In this document: positions 1-10,542 of the stretch, piece after piece
How the letters are laid out: every line of letters starts with the position of its first letter
How positions within the stretch are numbered: position 1 is the first letter of the stretch
Assembly (NCBI RefSeq): GCF_000143415.4
Contig: NW_003314302.1
Coordinates: 995,820 to 1,059,819 of the forward strand
Direction of reading: 5' to 3'
Length of the DNA: 64,000 nucleotides
Source: Selaginella moellendorffii
Taxonomy: Eukaryota > Plantae > Lycopodiophyta
Position numbers and translations under genes: made by a program
The notes under the pieces: generated by a model
What the model saw: only the letters and a program-made list of their open reading frames with translations
What the model was told of the DNA's origin: nothing
The model's database searches: none

Positions 1-2352
1 TCCGTAGATGCATATACGGAGGTTGGGTTCGAGTCCCGACCCTCTAGTGCTTGGGTTCGAGTCCCAAATCACTAGGGCGTGGTGATGGTTTGGAATATGA
101 GGACACTCATATTTCGGTGGTCATGGACTCTCAGTGGGGAGACTGGTTTGGGCACACCGCCAAGCAAGGGATGCCTCGGAGTCGTGATGCATGGTTAGAT
201 TGCTTAGTGTGAAAGCTCGGCATATCTAACTTGAACACTTTGGTGCAAGTGGCACCAAGGACGTGGTGAGTGAGATGGGGACACCTAATCTCAGTTGCTA
301 TGGACCCTTGGCCGGAAGGGCTAGCTTGGGCGCACCGCCAAGTGTGGGGGTCGTAGTTAACAAGTTAAAGGTCTGGAAGACCTAGTATCTATTGGCAAAC
401 TTGTTAAGGTGCCGAGGTGAAATCACTAGGTGATCTTGTGGCTAAATAAGGACAAGGTCCTTGTTTGGGTTAAGGAATAAGGTTCCTAGTTCAAAGTGTT
501 GATTTGAACTATTGATGATGGTGTGGCTTGGTCAAGGTGACCAAGTGGGAAAAGCACCTTAGGGAAATGAGCTATGTCATTGCGATGGCATAGTGTGTCC
601 AAGGAAAGTAGTCTCTAAAGAGACCCATGAGAGGGTCACAAAGTTGGGCCGAGGATAGAGCCCACAGCAAAAGATGCTAAAAGAGACTTACTAGGGGTGA
701 ACACCCTAGTCTTGGCAAAGCAAAGCCTTTGCTATGGGATCAAAAGAACACCGCAAGGAGGGAGGTAGAGATTCGATGTTGCTTGGTGCAACAATTAATT
801 GATAGGAGCAAAAGATGAGTGGCCAAGATAGGGCCGTGGAATTCCTTGGAAGGAATCCAAGTGACAAAGTTAGGCGAGGAACACTAATGTGTTGGACGCT
901 AACAAATTGCGGGAAAGGAAGTGTGTTTCCAAGGATGGATTCCGAATTGCTCCGATTTGGCGAAAGTGGAAGCTCTAAGGGAGGGAGCGGTAAGGTAGCC
1001 AAATGATAGGGCGATGGACAACCCTAGCACAAAGTGTGATAAATGGAACTTAGTGCCCAAGGTGGCACGAAATAGAAGAGAGGATGATGGTGCCCTCAAG
1101 TAATGAACTTCCTAGGATAGGGAAGTGGAGTTGCACAATTTGTGCAATGCAAGGTGTTGGAGACACCTAGGAAATTGACTTCCAAAAGTCAAAAGAGTAG
1201 AAGATCCAAGGTGCAAACATTTAATAGATGGAAATTGAGACTACTCGAGAAAGAGTAGTGGGATTGACTTAGAGAAGGGTCTCTAAGAGGTTTAGCAAGA
1301 ACTAAACCAATAAAAGGAGAGAACCACTACATGTGGTCCAATCAGTCTCTAAGTTGGAGAGACTACCCTCCTTAGAGGATAGGCAAGGCATGGTGAGCCT
1401 TTGGTGTCAAAACCATTGACGCATATGCAAAAGGCATGGTGAGCCTTCAATGTCAAACCATTGACAAATATTGGCTAGGTGCCAAGGATGGAAATGGTAA
1501 CACATGCGAGTGTGACTTTACAAAATGGTTTACCGTTCGATGAGGACATCGAACTTTGTCTATGGGTGGTGGAGTTGTGAGACACAAAATCCCTAGGCCC
1601 CAAAGTGGAGCCGGAAAGGGTGCCATGTGGTAGTGGCTGAAGTGAGAGCCAAACGAGCGTAACACGTTTGGACCAAAAGCTCCGACTTGAAAAGTCAAGA
1701 GCGGGAGTGGAACTCCCAACGAAGTGCTCGAGGAACGAGCACGAAGCGAGCAAAAAGCGAGGCTCCAAAAAGGGACCCAAAAGGACCAACACATGACACG
1801 TGGAAGTGTCCGAGATGGACTCGAGTTGGAGTCCGAAGTGGAGTCCGAGATGGACTCGAGTTGGAGTCCGAAGTGGAGTCCGAGATGGACTCGAGTTGGA
1901 GTCCAAAGTGGAGTCCGAGATGGACTCGAGTTGGAGTCCGAAATGGAGTCCGAGATGGACTCGAGTTGGAGTCCGAAGTGGAGTCCGAGATGGAGTCCGA
2001 GGTGGACCCGAGATGGAGCCAAAATGGAGTCCGAGATGGAGTCCGAGATGGAGTCCGAGGTGGACCCGAGATGGACCCGAAATGGAGTCCGAGATGGAGT
2101 CCGAGGTGGACCCGAGATGGACCCGAGATGGAGTCCGAGATGGAGTCCGAGGTGGACCCGAGATGGACCCGAAATGGAGTCCGAGATGGAGTCCGAGATG
2201 GAGTCCGAGGTGGACCCGAGACGGACCCGAAATGGAGTCCGAGATGGACCCGAGATGGAGTCCGAGATGGACCCGAAATGGAGTCCGAGATGGACTCGAG
2301 ATGGAGTCTGAGATGGACCCGAGATGGAGTCCAAAGTCGAGACCGAGACCGG

Positions 2353-2396
<44 letters not shown>

Positions 2397-3521
2397 TCGG
2401 GACCGAGAACGAGACCGAGGCCGAGGCCGAGGCCGAGGCCGAGACCGAGCCCGAGCCCGAGTCCGAGTCCGAGTCCGAGTCCGAGTCCGAGTCCGAGTCC
2501 GAGTCTGAGTCCAAGTTCGAGTTTGAGAGGGTGAAAGCCCAAAGCGTTCGTCTCCCAGACCCTGGGGGGTTTGGTGAGCTCCAAAAGTATAGTAGGGGGA
2601 GGACTGCAATGGAGCCAGTTTGGCCAGGAAAGGCCAGTTTGGCCCAGGAAGGCCAGACCCAGTGTTGGGTGATGAGCTGCCCACTGGGAAGTCCAAGACT
2701 AGAGTGAACACAGACCGACAAGCGGGGTAGCTTGGTGAAGTGTTCAAGAGCCGGCTTTAGTTCCCCCGGGAGATCGACTGGCCGATGCTCCCAGTCCAAG
2801 TGTGGGTGGCACTACCTACTTGGATACCTGGTGTGGCTCAACGGAACCCGCTCTAAGCCCATGGCTAGAGCACCCAAGGGCAGAAGGCGAGGAGAGTACC
2901 CAGGTGGCTCGCGTAAGGCCACGGTGTTCCGAAATGTTGTCCCAAAGGCCCAGACTGTGGAAAGGAAGAAGAGCAGTCCTCTGGGGTAGCGACCAAGGAC
3001 ACAGTCGTGTGGTGAGGAAGTCCCAAAGGACCGTGAGACTTAGTGGTCGGGCCTGTGGGTCTCGATCCAGTGGCAGTGTTGGCAAACACGGCCAGGGGTA
3101 GAAAGGGACTTAGTGGGGACTGACAGAGGGATATTGGGGAAGGCTATTCCCCTTGTCGGTGGGCATCCTAAGGATGCTAAGGAGTGGATCTGAGATGACC
3201 ACTCACGGATGGTTTGCCTAGTCTTGGAGAGCCAAGACGGTGATGCAAGTGGTATTGGACCACCAGTGTGGCAAAGGTGATTGGGCATGGCCTTAGCGTA
3301 ACGGGCTGCTATGTCGGTGGTACCTTTGAGTGTCGGTCATGGGATCGGACACGTGGAGCACTTGGACCAAGTGCAAGTGTTGAGTGGCATGGATGCCATT
3401 CTCGGGGCTAGCAAGTCCCAAGTCCTGGATTGGACTTATGGAGGTTGTGAATGAGACTCCTCCAAGTGGTCAGAGGTGTGGTTAAGTGACTAAAGTAGAA
3501 TGGAAAATTTAGTCGCTTACA
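1..3521 (+). mobile_element. 3' part of an LTR retrotransposon (non-coding internal region 1-1575, PPT 1563-1575, 3' LTR 1576-3521)
   Basis: Purine tract TGGGTGGTGGAGT precedes TGTGAGAC (1576), and the LTR ends ...GTCGCTTACA (3521). A diverged reverse-complement solo copy of the same LTR with TSD GAAAC lies at 15539-17593. Confidence 0.8.
1808..2520. repeat. Tandem repeat array inside the LTR (33-bp and 12-bp GATGGAGTCCGA-type units, then GAGNCC hexamers)
   Basis: Directly visible. It explains the RS/ES/LG low-complexity ORFs in all six frames. Confidence 0.95.
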
Positions 3522-6500
3522 TTCAGCTGTAGACTCTGGTACAACTGGCTCAACAGTGGCATGGGGTGGTTTCGATGGCGTGTGATCACACGCCATTTCA
3601 GCTGGTGCCTCCGTTGGCAAAGTGGACATGACCAAACAGGGAGCAGGGGCGGTGTAGGGAGGTTCCAATGGCGCGTAGTCAGACGATTGGGCACACGTTG
3701 AGTCCGTTGGAAATGAGGATACGACCGGCTCGGCGGCTGGGGCGGCCTCATGCGGGTCCAATGGTGCCTAGTCACCGTCAGTTGGATACGTGGACAAGAT
3801 TGACTCAGTGGTATGGGCAGCATCAAGTGGAGCGTGGTCAGCTTGCTTGGCGTTGATATGGATAGTAGCCTCCACCAGCTCTGATGACTCTTGCAGGCAA
3901 GTAGAGTCCACTGGCGGATCCATATGCATGTCCAAATATCTCCCTTCGATTGAGATGGTATCCTCCCTACTGGCTACTAAAAACAAACTCATTAGCACAT
4001 TGAATCGACTATACTGTATTTACCATCAACTGCTATTGAGGAACTAGGACCAATATCACTTGGGCACACTGCTGATTCTGAAGGATTGGACATACGTTTC
4101 GACCCTTGCTTGGCACTATCCTTCCTCGACACTAAAGGCTAGAGTTTGTATCTTAATTCAACTGAATAATCTCTACTTACCATTTGCTCTGCAACCTACA
4201 TGGACAATGTTAGAAATGGTAAAAGGTTAGGAATGGATGTACTATTATTTACCTGATGGTTTGTCTTGTATGACCTTCCTCCGCTGCTCTTTAGCCACCT
4301 CAGGCTGGCCATCGTTGTCATCATCGTCGTCGTCGTTATTGTGATCGTCACCATTGTAAGGACCATCCAAGTCCTCTTCGTCCTCCTCTTCTTCGTCCTC
4401 CTCTTCTTTGTCCTCCTCTTTGTCCTTCTGCTCTTCCTGCTCATTATCTTTCTCTGGCTCCTCATCCCCCTCCTGCATTTCTTCCATAGGCTGCTTAGGC
4501 TGGATGGCTTGTTCTTCCAGGACCATCTTGGGAAAATCATCTGGCCGAGTCTTCATCTCAAAATACAAGACATCCATAGCCTGTTTTAGTGCGTGACCTA
4601 GGACCGTATCCTCACCCGACTGTCTTAACATGGTTTCTGCACGTTCTTGCACCCTTCGAAGACGACGAGATGAGAAAAACGTGGCCCTGACTTGAAAAGC
4701 ATCCCTCATCCATTGTACCTCTCCATTGAGATTGGGGAAGGGGAGTCCGCCATAGGAATCTGAGTCAGGAGGTGGTGACTGGCTGCTTTCACTCAGCCCT
4801 TGATTTGCAATGAATGGCATGAGCACACACGCCATAACCGCAAGGCATTACCTATCATCTTTTCGTTGCCCTTCTTCCTTTTCGAATCAAACGCCTCTGA
4901 TCCCGACGACTGTCCAATGTGCTTTCGCTTTTTATGACCACTGTCAGTTTGAGCTTGGCTGGTGCTTGCCTGTTTTGCCTTTGAAGAAGTGTCTCCTGCA
5001 AGGAATGGCATGAGACCATACGCCATTGCAAATATAATTTGTACCTCCTTTTTTCCTATTGCTTGTCTGTTTGTCCTTCTTCGACGCACCACCAGTGCAC
5101 TTTTCAGTCCTCGTGTCTGAATATTCACAACGATCTATAATCAAAATGGCGTGAGGCCTTACGTGACCTTACCTTGTGCAGGTTGTGAGCTCGGCCCAAC
5201 ATGGGTATCTTCAACAGTAGCTGTTAACGCCGTTTCAGCATCTGGGGGTGGCCACGCTCCTGCATACAGAGCTTGTGAGATAACATATAAACTTAAAGTG
5301 CATACTTACCAGGTTCGCAGAGAAGATACTGTTTTTCTTTGGCAACTGTAATTATTTGCTCCATTGAAGTCACCTCTTGAATGGAGTTTGTCACCGCAAC
5401 ACACGGGACACCCTTGAGTAGTGCGGCTCGAAAGAATAGTCTGCCGCAGTTGTACTCGACAACGCATTTGCCCTTGGAGTCGGAAGCAGGTGACCCACCC
5501 GCTATTGCGTTGAAGACCCAGCTGAGCATTTCCCATGCTACACCTGGAGCTTTCTCTGGATTCGAAAGCTCCATAGCCGTCTTCAGTTCCTTAGGCACGG
5601 GTAAATTGACCTCCCTCAGATCAATTCGATCGGCCTTGTCGAACGAAGCTGGGAAGTCACTCCAGTCCCACTCTGCTACAGGACCAATAACAAGGGCGAG
5701 TGTGAAGATACAGACATTCGTCGGTATCTTCTTCTTAGCCATTATCCCATGGATCTCCCGCATCTCCTTGCCTTTCAACCGAGCCTTCACCTCGTTCAAG
5801 GCCTTCCAGAACTTATCATAGGATTCGGAGTTGTAGATCATATAGTGGACTGAAGATTCCACCTCCGCAAGTCCCACCATTAAGTCAATGATGGAGTTGA
5901 CTTCGTCTGCATGAGTGATCTCCTCGTTTGTGAAGTCCATCACACAAAAGATGTTCTTGACCTACTCATCTCCGCGGGAAACGATGCTCCTCCACCTTTG
6001 ATCCTCATCCGAATTCATGTATACCCGGTAAGGTTCTCGATAGGCCTCTGCTGCGGGGTCGAGCTGTTTCTAAAGCCGGCGGTCGACATCCCTCTTAATG
6101 AAATTTGGATACTGATCCAACTTCTTAGCTTTACTTTTCGTGGCATCCCACAGCAGATCGATGAACTTGGGGGCCCCCTTCATGTACTCGTTGATGTCTT
6201 CATTTGACAACTCCAGCTCTTCCATCATCTCTTGCGTGGTGTCGATGCTCACCTCTCCACGGCCACTTGCTCGAAGATCCAATCCTTCAATAGCGCACGA
6301 GCTCTCAGAGTCGTGCACAAGTCCTCGTATGTCACAATATGGCCAGGAGTCATTTTGGTCTTGTTGAAGACTACCTCACCACGTAGAAGAGCATTAGCCA
6401 CTGTCAGAAGGTCGTCGTCGTCTAGAGACCGCGAGAAACGCAAGGCATTGAGCTTCAAATCATTGGGCTTCCGGCCGTCCTCCACACCCATTGAGTTTAG

Positions 6501-7886
6501 CAACTCCCCGTCATGGTACCTCCTCAGCACATCTACCCATTTGTCAAAAACAACTTTTGTCGCGAGTAGAATGTTATGGATGCTAAGTGTGTCATTGACC
6601 CCCAGTGTTTTCGAAAGAAGACTCGAGAATTCCTGCAATGGAAATGGCGTGAGGCCACATGCTATGCCACATGCAACGAGGCTTACCTGCCAGGCGCTAG
6701 TTGCTAGTGTACGTCCTTGTCCTAGTTTTTGTGGCTTCTTCAGTTGAACCCAGAGCTTCCATGTTCGTGCCAATGTCTCGTGCAGACCCGATTTGTAGCA
6801 CATTTCTTGCTTGACATTCTACGCGTGGGAGATGTATATGATAGATCGGAGGGGCGAGTTGCCTTTTATCAGGTGGACAACTCTTGTCTTGAAGACTTTC
6901 TTCACCTCCTCGCCCACCATAATATCCACAACTATCTCTTGCATCGCCAAGCTAGAATGCTACCCGGAGACGGCATAGAACCGGATGCTCTGATCATCCA
7001 ACACCTTCCTATTGATCAAGTCTGGAAACCTCGTCTCGCCCTTCATTGTTTGGTAGTAGGGGATCACGTCTGCGATGTCGGGTGTTACTGGACTTGCCAG
7101 CATCTTCTGCTTCAGTTTCTCCACCCACTCATCAGATACTAGCCTGTGGTTGTATTTGCTTTGGATGTCGATACGGCTCACGTCGATTGTATATACTTTG
7201 TTGGAATAGTAACAAGTACTATTATCTGTGACGATTTTTGCTACCTCTTCTTGCTCTTTCTGCTCTTTGCGGCTCTTCTTTTTGGTGGGTGTAGTGTTCG
7301 AACCCGAGGCAATGGCATCACCGAGTAGCTTCTTTTTTGGAGCAGGAGAGTCGGACGTCGGCTTGAGATTGACCACCCTTTTCTGCTTCGGGGTAGTTTC
7401 CAGATCGACCCCCTTCCCCTTCGCTTCGCGAACTGGAGGCACTCTCAATGGCTCAATGTTGGAATATAGTTTTTGAACATCACCGTAGGTGAGGTCCGTG
7501 GATTCCATGTGATCTTCATAGACCCGCAGCGTCTTTGAAATTGTGGGCCTCCTGGACAACCTCTCCCTAGCTCCCTCTAGGAATTCCTCATAGCCGCTGC
7601 CCCCCTCCGGGAAGCCGCTAGGATGTGCAAGGTGGATCTTGAAGGCGGACACTGTCTCTACCACAAGTGCCAGTCCATATTCTTGCATGGAACTGCATGG
7701 AGTGTCTGTCACTTGGATGAGGATCCCCATGCATTCTTTTCTCCCACCATCTGTGTTGTATAGCTTCAGATCCTCGCCTTCCATCCCGAAAGTCCAACTG
7801 GTGAGCTCCTCCCCCTTCTCTGCATCCACATTGACAGTGGCTGGAAGAAGAACGCAATTCCTCGCCTGTTCAGAAATGCACAACAA
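3522..7886 (-). pseudogene. Multi-exon gene for a ParB/Srx(DGQHR)-like domain + degenerate beta-class DNA methyltransferase fold + acidic/low-complexity tail
   Basis: Read-through gives 'HRLVSDEWVEKLKQKM...RFYAVSG(Q)HSSLA...ISHA(Q)N' (ParB-like), then 'VKNIFCVMDF...NPEKAP...VVEYNCGRLFFRAALLKGVPCVAV' (MTase-like). TAG stops at 6960, 6819, 6070 and ~5962, frameshift near 6255. GT-AG introns 6633-6686, 5117-5172, 4996-5044 and 4799-4851 restore frame. Confidence 0.6.
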
Positions 7887-9122
7887 TTAGAGTTGACAGA
7901 TGAAAAGCTAGGAGCTGGAAATAACGTGAGTCCACACACCATTCACCACTGCATTAGATGTCTTGAGGCTGCATCCTAAGATGGCGTGAGGCTACACGCC
8001 ATCTGTAACCGGACTGCACTCGAGAGCCCAATCGGTGCATGCCAATGTTGCTACTAAATGGCATGTGGCCTCATGCCATTTTCTACTTGGCCTAAAAGAC
8101 TTACCATTTGAAGCCGAATGGAGGCATGACAATCGAGGCCGGACTCACTGGCGAATGTGCACTGTGTGTGCAGCGGATCGTAGCAGCAAGGCTACTCTGC
8201 CACTTATAGTTGGAGAGTGGCGCTAAAATCTCCCGGGACGCCAAGTGGGCTGCGTGTGGGTGGCGGAGTGGGCGGCAGAGTTGGCAGCGAAGTTACAAAC
8301 TGGATGTGTCTTGAAGTGGACGCCGATGCACACGAGCGCGATGCGAGCGCGAGTGGACGCCGATGCACACGAGAAACCTGTAGAGAAGGTAGATGAGCGC
8401 GAATGTGAGCGTGATCGCGAGTGGGAGCGCGATGCGAGCGCGAGTACGAAGCAAAATGCAAAACCTAACCTCACACGCGCGAAATGTCACGACGGTTGGT
8501 AATCCCGCAACGTCATCATTCCTCGGACTTGGGCGCCACCATTAATTTCTGGATCGCCGCGCGCATGCATGCACGTGAAATCCAAAAGAAATCCGCAACA
8601 TCATCATTCCTTGGACTGCATGCACGCGAAATCCAAAAGAAAGATCATGATTGGGATATCATTTAATACCCTCGCTATATTTATACCATGCATGATTGGA
8701 TATTCCAAAGCATCTTGTATTTCCAAAAATGCCAGATGTTCAGCTAAATAAAGAATGGTATACAATGTCCTTCTTGATGACCCTGCAAAGAAGCATCTCG
8801 ATCGGACACCACATGAGACCACATGAGCCTTACAATGTTTCAGGGGCATTTGCCATAGATCCGACTGTTATTTTGCTCCAAGATTCTACAGTTTGGTGTG
8901 CATTGACCTTTCCATCGACACTGCAAAGGGACATCACAATCAGATGCGGGATCACAAGAAACCAACTTCACTAACTCTGGTTTCACCAAGATCTACGTAA
9001 GGAGTTATGAAATGAAAGGACCCTCTTTATTGAAATGTGTTTATGGTCCTAGGGGCATTGTGACATATCAAAGGATTTTGCATCAAGTTCTGTATTTGCA
9101 TGTTTATCAAGCTACTGAATTG

Positions 9123-9148
9123 CTAAACCCTAAACCCTAAACCCTAAA
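9123..9148. repeat. Interstitial plant telomere repeat / telo-box (CCCTAAA)x3
   Basis: ctaaaccctaaaccctaaaccctaaa. Confidence 0.85.
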
Positions 9149-9588
9149 CATGTGGCAAATGCTGCGTGAAGAAAGATGCCCTTTCTGGGCAAATGCTGTA
9201 AGAGGCAGATGCCGAGCAGATGTATCTCAAGCTAGCGAAGGGGACAAACGAAAGCTAGCTATAAACATGACGGGATGCAAATAGATTACTAGGCTGGTCC
9301 TGCAAAAATCAAAAACCATAATTGAAAACATTGAAAATGCAAAAAGAAAGGTTTATAATATTTTTGAATTTTAAGCAACCAAAGGAATGTAAGTAGGGCA
9401 TGTGTTTGTAAGTTTAAAAATGCCTCAACCACTTAAACTCCCAAGTAAATAAAGCTGTTTCTATTTTTGGTACAGGTAAACTTTATAGCGTGTGGGCTCA
9501 TGCAATTTTGAACCCAAAAATGCACCAAAAAATGCTCGACTAGCATTATTCTTTGAATGGCATGTGGCCTTATATTGCCATAAATGGA

Positions 9589-9786
9589 CGTACACACACA
9601 GCATAATTATTCCTTTACACGGCGAATAATCTTGGCGCGGATCGCTGACATGGCATGGCAAAGTTCGAATCACTGACATGGCACAGCCGTACACACACAA
9701 CATAATTATTCCTTTACACGGCGAATAATCTTGGCACGGATCGCTGACATGGCATGGCAAAGTTCGAATCACTAACATGGCACAGC
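9589..9786. repeat. 99-bp direct tandem duplication
   Basis: 9589-9687 and 9688-9786 are nearly identical. Confidence 0.95.
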
Positions 9787-10542
9787 TGGATCGAGGCAAG
9801 GACATGATGTGACAAAGTTCAACGTCCGACAGCAAAGTCTAGAAGCTACTCAGTTTGAAATTTGTCAGAGGAATCATAAGATCTAGTTTGTCAGAGGATT
9901 TGATGTGACGTTCAAGCGTGTGTTATTTTTGAATTCTCGAACTCATTCCTAGGTCTATCATTTTTGTGCGCCGTGTTCTTGGTTCCGCTGAGCGCAGTGA
10001 GCGCTGCTTGTGTAAGCGGCGTTGTGAGCTGTGGTTTATGCGTCTACGAGCGGTTGCGGCATTGCGAGCGCCATTGCGAGCGGCAGTTTATGCGAGTGGC
10101 AGTTTGTGCGAGCGGCGCTACGAGCAGTTGCGGTGTTGCGAGCGGCACTACGAGTAGTTGCGGTGTTGCGAGCGGCACTGTCTTTGGTGTGGCTACCGCT
10201 TCCTCTTGATATTCGGCACTTGTGCTTCCTGGTATGTTCACCATGGAATGGCTTAGGACCACATTTAGAAATGGCATGAGGCCACATGCTATCTTGGGCC
10301 CTTGCAATTTCATGGCTAGCGTATTGTCATGTATGTTTTTACTTGCCTGCAGCTGTGTGTATATCAAGATGGCATGAGGGCTCATGCCAATTTTGTGAAT
10401 GCGAAATTTCACGTGGGTGTCAATAGCATATTTGATTAATGGCATGTGGCCTCATGCTATTGAGGTTGTTTGGTATGTTATGATTTAGGCCATTCTCCAA
10501 TCATTTTTTGTATGGTCTTAACTTCTTTTCTGCACTTTCAGA

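Noticed and set aside
1453-2799. Long ORFs in all six frames (RS/ES/LG-rich)
   Set aside because: They are by-products of stop-free 6/12/33-bp tandem repeats inside an LTR.
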